From the NCBI GenBank assembly GCA_030167865.1, contig JALAGF010006241.1, forward strand, positions 1-57,032: DNA of 57,032 bases. The letters are read 5' to 3'. The translations under genes were made by a program, and so were the position numbers. This stretch comes from Craspedostauros australis (taxonomy: Eukaryota). Under the pieces are notes generated by a model. That model was not told the origin of the DNA. It did no database searches and was given only the letters and a program-made list of their open reading frames with translations. This document shows positions 42,482-54,876 of the stretch, piece after piece (within the stretch, counting starts at the first letter, position 1; each line of letters starts with the position of its first letter).

Positions 42482-45400
42482 ATGCCCGACATCTCCACAT
42501 CCACCAGGGTGGACATCTCGGCCGGCAGCGACCTGATCATCACCAAGTTCAACGAGCTCGACGAGGCCACCATGTCAGGAGATCATCAAGCCTCGACGGT
42601 CGTCTCCAAGACGCAGCCCAGCGGCAGCGGCAGCATGGACGGAGACGCTGGAGCTGGCGTCGGCCACGGTAGCAACACCAATGGAAACAACAATGGAAAC
42701 AGCAATGGGATCGAGATCGGCAGAAGCATAGACATCAGCAGCATGAAGAAGGTGGCCATCAGCAGCAGCAACAGCAGCAGCAGCTCCGATGGTCAGTATC
42801 AAGCGCACCAGGACGCGGCTTGCCCAACACAGCAGGAGGTCTCCATCCCAGTCTCGCCCGACACGCTCAAAACCGCGTCGTCCGACTCGGAAGCACCCAC
42901 CGCCGATGTGCATGGCAGCGTGGAGACGAAGACCAGCGAGGACACCTTGGAGAGCGACATCTCGGCACAATCGCCGCCCGTCCACCAGGACCTGCAGAAC
43001 ATGGCCTTCTCTGGCTTCGTGCAACCCAACCGCACCCGCATCGTCTCCTTGGACCGGGGCAGGCAGCGAATCATGGGGGATGAGGAACCGTCCGCGGACC
43101 AACCCTCGGTCAATTCTAAATCATCCCACTCCAAGTCTGCCAACAGGCGCACTGCCCGCCACTCCTTCAACTCGGCTGTCGCCTCCAACAGCGTCAACTT
43201 CATGCTCGATGGGGATGACGAGGCCAACGACTCCTCCGATGACGACTCCTCCTACTTCGCATCCAACCTCCCGGGTCCCAAGAGCGGCCAGCAGGCATTG
43301 GGCTACTCCAGCGCCGGCTCCGTCTCTCGCAGCCATCACCACCTCTACCCTTCCCAGTCGAGCAGCGTCGCAGCCAGAGAGTCCGATGCCAGCCTCTCCC
43401 TCTCGGACGAGAGCGGCGACGAAGACTTCATCGCCAACCAGACCATCAACGTCCGCATCTCACCCATGATCCCACCCAAGGGAACTGTCGCCGACATGCT
43501 CCTCTACCCGCAGCGGATAACCCGCATGCACTCCGTCAGCTCCCTGGTCAGCTCCGACAGCAGCGAGAGCTCGGAACCCCGCCACCGCCATCGACGCCCG
43601 CTTGGCCTCGCGCGACAAACCAGCGGCGGCAGCGCCTGCTCAGCCTCCTCGCGCAGCATCGCATCCACCAACAGCGACATGCAGCTGCACAACATGATGG
43701 TCGACATGACCGGCCGCGCCATCCCGGAGCCTCCGCTTTCAGACTCCATGCAGCAGCATCAGATGGGATACTATGACTACAATGTCCACTCTACCAACCA
43801 CATGCACGGCGCACCGCCGCAGCCTGTGGCTTTCTCCTCAGCCATCGCTGTCACCTCCGCTCCCGCAGCTGCGCCGGAGATGACGCAGGACCAGCTGGCC
43901 TCCTGGATGGGCGCAAGCGACAACGCGCCTTCCAATCACACCAGCGTCTTCATGAACCAGCCAGCGGCATCCCAACTCTTCCGAGCCTCCCCGATGGCTG
44001 CGCCCAACGCCTCCTCCAGCCCTCTGGAGTATCGCAGCGTCAGCGACAACACCAACGGAGCCGTGTCCCTGGTGTACAGCGAGGACGATGACACAGTCGA
44101 GGGGCGCCACCTCCCCATCACCATGGTCGCAGGTTTGCCACCAAAGGGCACCCCCAACCATGGTTACCCCGTGCAGAGCATCGGCGGTGCCAACAACCAA
44201 GCCCATGGACTCGATGGCATGCAGGATGGCAGGGGAGGTTCCATGCCCGGCGATCAACCCCGATCCAACCAGCTGTCAAAGGACGTCCACAGCGATGATT
44301 CATTGGCGACAGGCAACGGAGGCGGAGGTGGAGACGTCGTGGAAAGCCACATCACCGTCAACCCGGATGGATCAAAGTCCTTCAAGGTCTACTGGCAGCG
44401 ATGGCTCATGCTCATGTACATGAGCCTCCTCAACCTCCTGTCCGACTGGACCTGCTATTCCGTCGCACCCATCGCGCTCCTCACGCAGGAGGCCTTCGGT
44501 GATATCGACCCGGAACGTCTCGTCGTCATCTTCCTCGGTGCCAACGCTGTCTCCACCGCATGTGAGCCAATCATCTTGGCGAGACTTGGCTTGAAGCGCA
44601 CGGTCCTCTTCGGTTCCCTCCTCCTCATGATCGGTTCCATCGTCAAGAGCGGTGGCATGCCACCCATCATCCCCTCCAGCCTGCAAAAGGGAGACGACGC
44701 GTGGCGACTCTACCTCGGCTTCTTCCTCGTCGGTCTCTCGCAACCCCTGTACCAATGCACGCCCGCGCTCTTGTCCGCGTCGTGGTTCCCCGAGCAGGAA
44801 CGAACGTTGGCCACCGGTGTGGCACTCAATGCCAACCAGCTCGGAATTGGAGTCGCCTTCGTTTTCGGTTCCTTGCTCGTCTCCAACAGTGACGATATCC
44901 CAAGCTACTTCGGACTGCTCAGTATGATCTCCACCATCGTCTTCTTCGGAACCCTGTTCCAGTTTGATGACGCACCACCAACACCACCGTCCGATACTGC
45001 CCGAGTCATGCGCGGTACCCTGGAGATGAGACTGCCCAATATCGGCGGCTTCGTCAATTCGATGCGCGAAGGGTTGGGATCCGAACGGATGGATTCGGCC
45101 AAGGGCGCAGCGCATGCTGCTCCAAGTCCCGCACCATCCACGGCGCCCGTGGATCGCAATGGCGCCGTGGCGTCGGCTACTGATGCAACAAGCACTGCAT
45201 CCTCCACCCGCCGACGCACCATTGCCAACCGCAGAGTTGCCCACGCTCCTGCACCAGCTCTGTCGTACGGCACCACCAGCAATGCCGTGCAGCAAATCGC
45301 CCGCATCCAGCAGGAGGCTCAGAGCCGCATGGCGCTGGCACCGTCACCCATGATGCCCGGTCGGGTCGGGCCACCGCCAGATGGCGCGCAAGGACCCAAC

Positions 45401-46636
45401 GATGCCAACCAAGCCCAGCCACCGATGTACGACGGCGACAATCAACCACCCGCCGATGGTCGATACCCCAACATGCCACCACCCGGTCAGCCACAGCAAC
45501 CACAACAGCCGCAGCAGGGACCGCCGCCTGGTCAGATGGCGTACCCAGGCCCACCGCCACCAGGTGCTCCTGGACAGATGCCACCGCCGCAGTACGGTGC
45601 GTACCCACCGTACCCGTACCCATACTGGGATCCACGCATGCAACAGCAGGCCTATTACCAACAGCAGCAGCAACACCAACAGCACCCACAGCAATACGGG
45701 TACTATCCACAGTACCCGCCGGCTCCGCAACCGGACTATTTTTACAACGTGCCATACCCACAGCACTTGCAGGGATACGAGGATGCGCAGAGAGCATTGC
45801 CAAGCGAATACGGCGTCTTTGAAGGTGCCGAACCCACGGTCACCTTCACGCCGCACCATCTGGACATCGACATCCGTGACGACCAAGTCTTTCGATCCAT
45901 CAAGGCATGCTTCTCTCGTCCTGGATTCATCCATTCGCTGGTCGCCTTCACTGTGTCCGGCATCGTCATCAACACCCTTTCTACTTTCATGGACTATCTC
46001 GTGCGCTTGAACGGCGCGCCGCAAGCCTACACAGGCATCGTCGGTGGCACCTTCCAGTTCGTCATCATGATCTCCAGTCTCATCATCGGAAAGCAAACCG
46101 ACAACACCCGCGCCTACTATTCCGTGATCATCGGCATGCTGGTGCTCGGTGCATTCGGTCTTGCGGAGTGCGGAGTGAGCCTGGATTCGGACCGCGGCAA
46201 CGAGCTGCGTTGGGCCCTCGTGATTGTGGCAGGCCTTGTCGGCCCGCTCCAACCCGTGTCCACCGAATTGGGCGTCGATGTCGTCTACCCGCTCAGCGAG
46301 AACACCGTCCTCGTCATCCAGCAGCTCTTCTCCAACTTGCTCAGTGCCCTGTTCATCCCATGCTTCAAGGCGATGAAGAACATTGGAACCGCCGAAGCCG
46401 ACGAAGGCAGCACCGATGAGCACCCTGAGTTCACCTTCTCTTTCTACCTCCTTATCGTCCTCCATGCCGCAGCCACCGTGTTCTTTGCCACCTTCAACGG
46501 GCGATACCTGCGCTACGAACACGAGCTGCAGAAGAAGGCCGCCGAAGAGCAGAAACACCGCGAGAAGGAGAATGCCGCCTACAGCAACGAGTACGCGAGC
46601 GAAACCCAACCACTGATGAACAAGCAGGTGGTGTAG
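42482..46636 (+). CDS. MFS transporter of the FLVCR/DIRC2 (SLC49)-like type with a very long disordered N-terminus and a P/Q/Y-rich central loop
   Basis: VYWQRWLML at TM1, RLGLKRTV, SASWFPEQERTLATG...NQLG, PPTPPS after TM6 and a second six-helix bundle (ELGVDVVYPLSE). Intronless 1384-aa ORF. Confidence 0.85.
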   Translation: MPDISTSTRVDISAGSDLIITKFNELDEATMSGDHQASTVVSKTQPSGSGSMDGDAGAGVGHGSNTNGNNNGNSNGIEIGRSIDISSMKKVAISSSNSSSSSDGQYQAHQDAACPTQQEVSIPVSPDTLKTASSDSEAPTADVHGSVETKTSEDTLESDISAQSPPVHQDLQNMAFSGFVQPNRTRIVSLDRGRQRIMGDEEPSADQPSVNSKSSHSKSANRRTARHSFNSAVASNSVNFMLDGDDEANDSSDDDSSYFASNLPGPKSGQQALGYSSAGSVSRSHHHLYPSQSSSVAARESDASLSLSDESGDEDFIANQTINVRISPMIPPKGTVADMLLYPQRITRMHSVSSLVSSDSSESSEPRHRHRRPLGLARQTSGGSACSASSRSIASTNSDMQLHNMMVDMTGRAIPEPPLSDSMQQHQMGYYDYNVHSTNHMHGAPPQPVAFSSAIAVTSAPAAAPEMTQDQLASWMGASDNAPSNHTSVFMNQPAASQLFRASPMAAPNASSSPLEYRSVSDNTNGAVSLVYSEDDDTVEGRHLPITMVAGLPPKGTPNHGYPVQSIGGANNQAHGLDGMQDGRGGSMPGDQPRSNQLSKDVHSDDSLATGNGGGGGDVVESHITVNPDGSKSFKVYWQRWLMLMYMSLLNLLSDWTCYSVAPIALLTQEAFGDIDPERLVVIFLGANAVSTACEPIILARLGLKRTVLFGSLLLMIGSIVKSGGMPPIIPSSLQKGDDAWRLYLGFFLVGLSQPLYQCTPALLSASWFPEQERTLATGVALNANQLGIGVAFVFGSLLVSNSDDIPSYFGLLSMISTIVFFGTLFQFDDAPPTPPSDTARVMRGTLEMRLPNIGGFVNSMREGLGSERMDSAKGAAHAAPSPAPSTAPVDRNGAVASATDATSTASSTRRRTIANRRVAHAPAPALSYGTTSNAVQQIARIQQEAQSRMALAPSPMMPGRVGPPPDGAQGPNDANQAQPPMYDGDNQPPADGRYPNMPPPGQPQQPQQPQQGPPPGQMAYPGPPPPGAPGQMPPPQYGAYPPYPYPYWDPRMQQQAYYQQQQQHQQHPQQYGYYPQYPPAPQPDYFYNVPYPQHLQGYEDAQRALPSEYGVFEGAEPTVTFTPHHLDIDIRDDQVFRSIKACFSRPGFIHSLVAFTVSGIVINTLSTFMDYLVRLNGAPQAYTGIVGGTFQFVIMISSLIIGKQTDNTRAYYSVIIGMLVLGAFGLAECGVSLDSDRGNELRWALVIVAGLVGPLQPVSTELGVDVVYPLSENTVLVIQQLFSNLLSALFIPCFKAMKNIGTAEADEGSTDEHPEFTFSFYLLIVLHAAATVFFATFNGRYLRYEHELQKKAAEEQKHREKENAAYSNEYASETQPLMNKQVV

Positions 46637-47201
46637 GCGATCGTCAAGAGACATCTCGAAGCAATCGGTGCACGATCGCATTCAACGATTGAATCTGCGA
46701 ATATGATGGTACGATACTAGCAGGGTATGAATAAGAGGATGGTGCTGTCTTCGTGTGCTCACTCTACGTACGTAGGTATTACAAGCAGCATGATAACTTT
46801 CAATGAATCCAACCAACTCCTCTCTTCACTTGTCAAGAGCTGCATGACATCATCTTTCGAGAGTATTTGAAGTTTCAACGTAGTAGTACTCTGCAAAAGG
46901 TTGGTCAACTCGCTCACCTGGGTCCTCGTCATGTCATAACTCATACCGATTGATGCCATCGGATGGGAGGAACCCCCGGAAAATCACCAAGGTCGTACTC
47001 TACGTACGTGTATGGTGGGAATGAAATATGCACTAGTAGTGCCATCGACAGGCGAAGCATTCATTGTTCAGTCTGGGTCGTACAGTAAGTCACTGGAGAC
47101 GATACTGAACGCTATGTTGCCACACATTCGTATGTAGTGTATCACGTAATCTGCCCTTTTCCACCAATCACTTGTCTCCGTCACGTTTCCGCCATGTTTA
47201 C

Positions 47202-49055
47202 CTACAACAGGCTCGATGGCAGGTCAACCTCATTCTGGTAGATCTGCTGGAGATCCTGCCTTTTTCGGATGAGGTGGACCTCTCCCTCCTTGGTGACCAT
47301 AACTTCCGGGGCCTCTGGGAAGGAGTTGTAGTTCTTCGTGCTCATTCCGCTGCAGTACGCGCCGCTACCGTCCATGACGAGAACATCACCGATGGTGGCC
47401 TTGCGCAATGGACGCTCGGCCAGATCCTCCGGCTCACCTGGCTTGGGCGTCATGAGATCACCGCTCTCGCAGCAATGTCCCACGACGACGACTTCCTCGA
47501 CTTCCGATCCCACGTCCTCGGTCTTTCCGGACGCTGGCAGGACGGTGATGGGGTGGATGGCACCGTACAGCGATGGTCGCAGGACGTCCGTCATACCGGC
47601 ATCCATCTTGAGGAAGACGTGTCCCGATTCTCCGGTCGTCGAGACCTTATCCTGGATGGTGGTGACGAGGGCACCGGCCATGGCGACCAAGAATGTGCCT
47701 GGCTCGATCTCCATGTGAAGCTTGCGGTCGTCGTTGTCGGCGGCGAATTGCTGAAACGCCTCGAGGACGGGCTGGCCGATCTCCTGCAGGTCGGTGGATG
47801 GCTCGCCTTCGTTGCGTCCCACCTTGTATCCTCCTCCGAGGTTGAGTGCCGTGATGGATGGCCAAATCTTGCAGAAGGAAAGGGATTTGTTCGCCACCTG
47901 CTGCCAAATTTCTGGGTCGCTGCCGCTGCCGATGTGCGTATGGATGCGCTCCACGGTCAAACCGTACTTGTCGACGATGCTGGGGATGGTACCGTCGTTG
48001 ATGAACTCGTGCCAAATTCCGAAGGAAGAGGATGGTCCGCCGACGTTGGTCTTGGAGAAGGATGTGGTGGACGACGAGAATCCACCGGACCCGACGCCTG
48101 GGTTGATGCGAATTCCGACCTTCTGCCCTGTTCCCTCAAATGCCTGTCCGACGCGCTCCAACTGGGAGATGGAGCTGCACGAGTGTGTTTGGTTGAGGAG
48201 GGAAATGTGCGCGCGTTCGAAAGCAAGATGGAGTGAATACAGTGGATGGCGGCTGTGAGAATATGCCACAAAAATGTGGATTTGGTTGTTGGGCCGGCAA
48301 ACGAGGCTGGTAACGAACTGAAATTCAGTTTTGCGATGGAAACAGACAGAGAGGGAGTATGGGAATGCCTCACTCTCCACATGCACACATCATCAACAAC
48401 GCCGATGGAAGCATAGAATCTTCGACGACGAAACCCATCGCGTTCCAAAATCTCTTCCAATGCATCGTGGAATGCACCATTCGACGTGCCGCTGACTCTT
48501 GCAATGCTTGATACGCTCTTTGATACAACGATCGACACAATCATTGATTCAACTCAACTCAACGCACACTCACCACGCGTTGACCTTAATTCCGAGCTTG
48601 ATGAGATCGGCAAAATCGGCTGGCAGCTCCTGCGTGCTGAGACTGATGTTCTCGGCTGGAATGCCGGCCGAAATTGCACGTCGCACCTCGAATCCCGAAG
48701 AGGCGTCGATCTTGATGCCCTTGGAGTGGAAGAGCTGCAGAATGGCCTTGTTGGGGCAGGCCTTCATGGCGTATCGCACAGTGAGGCCGTAGGCATTGGG
48801 GAATGCCAAACAGGCATCGGCGGCCTCCTCGAGCTTGTCCATGGAGTAGGCGTAGAGCGGAGTGCCGCCAGCGACATCGACGCAGCTCTTGGCCGTCTCT
48901 GGCGTGAGGAAGGCGGATTGCTGCGGGTTGGCCATGTGGAGGGCGGATGGCGTTGATGTGGCGGACGCTGCGGCCTGGTGGACTGGAGCGAAGGCGCTCG
49001 TGGAGGAGGCCATGGCGGTCAATGCCAAGATGCTGGATGCTGTGGTGAACTTCAT
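47202..49055 (-). CDS. lysA: Diaminopimelate decarboxylase, plastid-targeted (about 484 aa; exons 49055-48574 and 48174-47202)
   Basis: Bipartite presequence [24 protein letters not shown]. Motifs GTPLYAY, PLP-lysine [59 protein letters not shown]. The intron TG|GTGAGT...GCAG|C restores VNACSISQL. Confidence 0.95.
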
Positions 49056-49904
49056 CTTTGTGTAGAGTAATATTATATAATATTATAGTATTCGAGTATT
49101 GTGCGGTGTCTTGATCAGGTTGCTGCAACTGTTGCTGGCATTCGATCACAGGAAGGATGGATTGAGAATGTGATGATTCTGGAATTGTGAGCGTGGTATC
49201 GGAGGAAACGAACAGGTCTCTCTCGTTTGTGGAGGAAGTGCAAGATGGTGGAAAGATACGACCTGCCATACTACACGTCACTCGTATCTCGAACGGTGAT
49301 CCGGGAATTCAATCAGATCGGCGGTTCGTTGTTGATGGCTGATGATGTGCGTGGTGGAGAGGAAACTGGCAGCAGGAGCAAAAGAACGAAAAGTATCGGA
49401 AGACGCATTTGACATGTGTTTGCGGAATTGCGTGGGGGAGAACCGTGGCGGGCACGGACCACAGACAGACACGACAATTACGCAGGTTTGGAAACGCCTC
49501 TTGGAGCCTCAAACGTGCAACACGGGAGGAGCGGAAGCTCATTCGGATTCATGCAGAATGCAATCTGTTCGATGTCTTCCCCAACCTACTATACGAGTCC
49601 ACACGAGCCTCAGATGCTCGCAATACGAGTATGGAAGAGCATAGAGAGCAATGTCAGTATGGTATTGTAATAATCCACGCTCAAAGAGCACCATGCAGAA
49701 TACTATTATGTATATTTTTTATGTAATGTTCGCGAAACCCGATGTTACTTTTGCATTTCCGTTGACATGTTGCCAGGCTGACATCCCACTCTCTTGAAAC
49801 CACATACCATACTCCCGAATATTCTTCTCATGCGTACGGATGCACACACGTATAATACGATATAATGAGTGTGCGTACGCAGAGTGCGGAGGAGAGCAAC
49901 CCAT

Positions 49905-51252
49905 TTACTGCCCGCTCGCCTTGGTGATGGTCCATCGCATGTAGGTCTCGAGGAACTGGAAGGGGAAGAGGAGGATGTTGAACGGCGCTGGCATGCGGAA
50001 ACCGATCTTGAATTGGAAGAAGAATCCAAGGGCGGCGAAGACATACGAGAGACCCTCGTCGAGCGCGGAATCCTCGTGGTTGTCCTTGATCAGACCGCCG
50101 AGCTTGATGTCGCGATGCTGCAACGCAAGGTAGGTGGCGCGTGCCATCATGAGTCCGCCCACGAGCGCGGACGCGAATGCAGATCGAACCGTTTGGATGT
50201 ACCAGGCGATGGACATTCCAATGGACTTGGTCACCCTGCAGGAATATTTGCGCCGATCGAGGGAAGCCATTCATCATGTGCGGATGCCAGAAATGAATAC
50301 AATGAGGACAGCAGCAGCGTGAGAAACCGATAGTTCAATTCCAGATGTTTTTCATTGCAACATGGTGATTGCGTCAAGCGAAATCCAAATGCCGCAGAGA
50401 AGAGAGCGAAGTAGAATAAAATAGAGTAGAGTCCTCTCCTTCAACTCAAGCCAACTCAAGCAGTTGTTTTGGTCTGCATGAATTCACACGAGTGCTCCCA
50501 CAAACAAATGAACACTCAATGAATCACCATCGACATCATCACAAGCAACATGAACAAGGCCGCCACAACCGCGAATCGTACCATCCACAAATGACAGGAA
50601 CCCATTTGTCGTAATCATCCGGCACGGCCTTCTGGATTGTCGGTGCCACGAAGCGATCGATGGGCTTCTTGAGGAAGTCGGAAATAGCGAGCGCCATCGA
50701 GATGGCCCGGGCGAATTCGATGGTGAGCACGGCGGCGACGGCCAACCACACGCGGTAGATGTTGGTCATGGCCTTGTCGATCTTCTCCGGATTCATCTTG
50801 CGGATGACGAGGAGGGTCTTGCGCTTCATGTAGTCCTGTCCGGAGAGCTGGGAGGTGTCGGCCTTGCCGTCATTGTCCTCGTCCAGTTCGTCGTCCTTCT
50901 TGGATTCCTCAATGATCGTCAGCGCCTCGTTGGCGAGGTCCGAGACGGCCTCCATGATGGTCTTGCGGCCACCGTACTCCGCAGCTTGGACGGCCGCGAA
51001 GAGGACCGGGTACAGACCACCGAAGAAGCAGAACACGAACCCGATCAGGAAGTTCATCACATTCTGCGGCAGCTTCTTGAACGACACGTAGGCGATCATC
51101 GTGTAGTTGATGATCTTGGGCAGCAGGAACGTGATCACGTCCAGCACTGGCTTCGCGACGCCCTGCAGCATGGCGGCGGCCGCGGTCATCTTCTCCTGGA
51201 TGTCCTTCAGCTCCTTGCTCTTCGTGCTTGGGGGGTTCGTGGATTCCGACAT
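49905..51252 (-). CDS. Uncharacterised multi-pass membrane protein (about 333 aa; exons 51252-50582 and 50235-49905)
   Basis: Strong coding-type codon usage and several hydrophobic helices (FLIGFVFCFFGGLYPVLFAAV, VWLAVAAVLTIEFA, AFASALVGGLMMA, YVFAALGFFFQF). The intron TG|GTACGA...GCAG|G restores ICGWVTKSIG. Confidence 0.78.
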
Positions 51253-51989
51253 GGTGGCGATCGTTTCTGCTGGAGTCCTCTTGCTTCAGCTATGATTGTG
51301 GCTGATGTTGTGCTTTGTGCTCGGTGTTATACAATGTATTTATTATATGCACAATCGCAAGTCTGCAAGTAGAATACAATGCGATCTATTTTAGTATGAG
51401 TATGGGTATGATCACACCTGCTCTGAAAATGGGGCAATGGGTCGGAAAAGGAGAAGGAAGATCACCAGAAGGACAGAGAGTCAAGGAGTTGCTGCGCAGG
51501 GACGCGAAGCAGATGGTGGAGGTGTGGGCGTGTTTCTCACGCAAGCGAACCTCGTTGTGTGTTTCTTCGCTTCGTTGTGGATCTTTTCGAGTTTCTCATC
51601 AAGATTTCTGGTTCCGATTCGATTCAATGTACTACGTATATAATATGCATATACCAATCATATGGTACTTATTCACACTACTGATTCGGCCGACTAACAA
51701 GAGGCCAACTACTCAATCCAACCCTCGGAAGCCAGAGAGATGTACGTACTGCTAACCTGACCTCACCTAAAACCTAACACTCTAATAGCTTCATTTAAGT
51801 AATTCTCGGTGGTCGGGTTCACCACTGCATACGATTGCGCACATCATGGTTGATGCTGCTCCACTCGGCCTCGCATTCCGATTCTCTTCAATCTCTACTA
51901 ATCCACACATCCAACGCAAACATTCATGCGCCCGCCCATCCAAAATATTCTTTCGCTCCATCCTCGTACGAGCTAGATGGTTTGCAGCA

Positions 51990-54294
51990 TCACTTGCTCG
52001 CTTCCAGCAATCGCCGCAACTGCTCGATCTCTCGCCGAGCTTGCTCCAATTCCTCCTCCAGCGAAGGATGAGAGACAGAAGGTGGCCCTGGCACTGATGC
52101 CGGTGCTGTGCGCGCCTTCGGCTTTGGTCGGCGATGAGCCCGAAATGTGGAATCGTCGCTGTCGGATGTTTCGCCGCCGTCATCGGATGCTTTGTGTCGC
52201 ATCACCAAGCTGGGATGTCGGGAGTGGCGCAAGGATGTCGCAGCCAGCTCCTCCTCAGCCGTGTCAACCGACGCCACTGCCGGCACGCCTTCATCGACAC
52301 TCTCTTCGTCCACATCCATGAGGGGATACACAGGACAGCAGCAGACGAAGTTGGGGGAAGGAACGCTGTACTCGTTGCCCGTGTACTGGATGCGGCCCGT
52401 GCTGAGATTGAAGGAGAAGACGGCGACAGAATCCGTGTCCTGGTTGGCAACCAGAAGGTACTGTCCAGAATGATCGAACTGGAAGTGCCTTGGTGTGTCG
52501 CCTCGCGTGTGGAAATGCCCGACCAGATCCAACCGACCTTGCTTCCTGCGCTTCACCTTGTACACGCAGATGGATTGGTGTCCGCGATTGCTTACCACGA
52601 CGAAACCGCCGGATTGGTGAACGCAAATGCGTCCACAGGTGTTCATCGTTTTGGGAAATGCGGGCGGCAGAGTGCTGATGGATTGGATGAGGCGCAAGGT
52701 GCTGCGTCCCTTGAATCTAGTCATATCCTCGCGGTTGCGTGCCGCCGCGTCCATTTCTTGGAGCAGATCGCGATCGACCTCGAACACTGCCACTGTGGAG
52801 CTGAGCTCATTGACGACGTAGGCAACGTTGTATTGCGGATGGAACTCCAGGTACCTCGGGCCGTCGGGGTGTCCCGTGCACAGCCCAGATGGCAGCATGT
52901 TGGATTCATGCACGATCTGGCCCTCTGTGCGATCGTAGAGGAATTCGCGGATGACGTCCTTTCCCAAATCAGGAACGTACGCAACGGTCCCAACGAAGGG
53001 ATCTAGCACCAACGCATGTGAGTGAGGATCGGCCTGCCGTTGCTGGATGGTGGAAGCATCGTTGCAGGAATGGTTGGCTCCGCCATCCTTTTTCGCTGAT
53101 GCCACCATCTTCTTGCCATGCTTGGGATCGTACATGGACTTGATCTGCGTATTATATAGAAGATAGGTTGCAATTGCAAGGTGGATTTGGGAACATGAAA
53201 AAGGGCGGATGAGAAAATGAGGTGTCGTGGAATGATGGTTGGCCGTGTGAGTGATCGTTCTGTGGTCTGAAGACTGGGAATGGTGCCATTCGATGTGATG
53301 GATACGTACCGGGCCTTCCAGAGCTCCCGTTGCTTCGTTGATGCGAATGACGGAAAGGGTGGAGTCCCAATAGTTGACAACCAGCAGGTGTTGCTGATCT
53401 TTGTCGATTGTGAGGTAGCATGTCGAGGTTCCACCGGCGCCGATAGGATCGCCGAGCTGCTGCAACTGCCCATCTGATTGGATTTGGTATGCGTAGATCA
53501 GACCTTCCTCTTCGATGTCTTCGGTGCAGGTGTAGACGACATTGTGCTTGGGATGGTACCGAGTGAAGGCGGGGTTCAAGACGGCATCGCCTTGGACGTT
53601 GAGGAGGACGAGACTGCCGTCGGTCGGATCGAAGCGGTAGATGTACAACGAGTGCTGTGCTTGGGTGCCTCGAGGACCGTGGGCTGATGGACGAGGGTGT
53701 GCAAATAGATGTCGAAAAGAAAGAATGATCGAGTGGATCATCATCAATGCATCATGCGAGTAGTATTGGTGGTGTTGGTGTTTGTGGCGTGGATCGGATT
53801 AGCGCAATGGGGAACGATGAGTGAGTTGGTTGGACGAGATGGAGGATCATCCATGTGCAGAGAGGAGAACTCGTCCGTGGCGCGGAAAGGAAGAGCGAAT
53901 CTGTTCGGTTCGTTGAGACGAAAGGCAGACAGGACAAGGAAGGCGTTCGCGTTGTTCGTGTTCTTTGTTCCGTGTTCTTCGACGGCGAAACCTGTGTTTC
54001 ATCAACCACGACCACAACGCAATGCATTGTGGGGAGGAAGAGAGGAAAGCGCAATCGCAAGGAGTCATGCGCAACCAGCAGCAATGAACTTGGGTGACTG
54101 TGCAGTCCACGATGTCACTCACCTAGCTTGTCGAAGTTTGAGTAGCTGGTCACGAAGAAGAGCTGGTCCTCTTCGTCCACGTCGCTAGACGATGGATGAT
54201 ATCCGCGGTGATGGAGGTGGCCGCTTTTCACAGTTTCATGGCTGTTCGAAACGGTTGACACAGAACTGGAGCTGTGGGAGATGTGGTGCACCAT
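51990..54294 (-). CDS. Seven-bladed beta-propeller lactonase (YbhE/Pgl 6-phosphogluconolactonase family; about 566 aa; exons 54294-54123, 53683-53310, 53144-51990)
   Basis: NPAF, GGTSTCYLTID, LVVNYW, RQADPHSHALVLDP, VPDLGKD, GPRYLEFHP, YVVNELSSTV, VVSNRGHQSI, GDTPRHF, LLVANQDTDSV, SPNFV. Both GT-AG introns keep the frame. Exon 1 (…LFFVTSYSNFDKL|AHGPRG) is absent from the ORF track. Confidence 0.88.
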
Positions 54295-54469
54295 GTGAGC
54301 TGGGTGGTGTTATTCGTGTTGGTGTAGTGTTGGTGGGGCTGTATTTGCTTTGCGTTGTCCTGCTTTGGCGTTTCGTTGCTGTTGTTGTTGATGTTGTTGT
54401 TGGTCTCTGTCTTATCGTGTCTCTGTGTGTTTGTGTGTCAGAGCTTTTATGAGACGATTCCAATGCCAA

Positions 54470-54490
54470 CTCTCTCTCTCTCTCTCTCTC
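54470..54490. repeat. (TC)n microsatellite
   Basis: About 10 TC units. Confidence 0.85.
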
Positions 54491-54837
54491 GCTTGCCTAA
54501 TGTGGTCAGAGAGTGGAATGGTTGTGATGATCGATGGTGCAGTTGATGGCCTCCAAATTGTGGAAGCGAGAGCTGATGTGTGGTGTCAAGGCCAAAGCAG
54601 ACCAAAATCAAATGAGGTGAAGTGAAGTGAGGCACGTGCGAATCACTTGGGTGTCAACTCACATCAACCAACCCAACCAGGCAGAGATTGTTGATCGGTT
54701 GTCAAGAGAGGAGATGCTGTCAACAACAGACACCACCTTTTCCTTTTTCTCTGCTGTTGTGTTGTGTGTTTGTGTGTGGCGCGTTTGCGGTTTTATTGAC
54801 AAGAGGTCAATCCCAAAATCAGAGGGAGAGAGAGAGA

Positions 54838-54876
54838 CTGACAGCGACGACGACAACAGCGACGACGACGACGACA
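54838..54876. repeat. Imperfect (GAC)n trinucleotide repeat next to AG-rich tracts
   Basis: gacagcgacgacgacaacagcgacgacgacgacgac. Confidence 0.6.
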
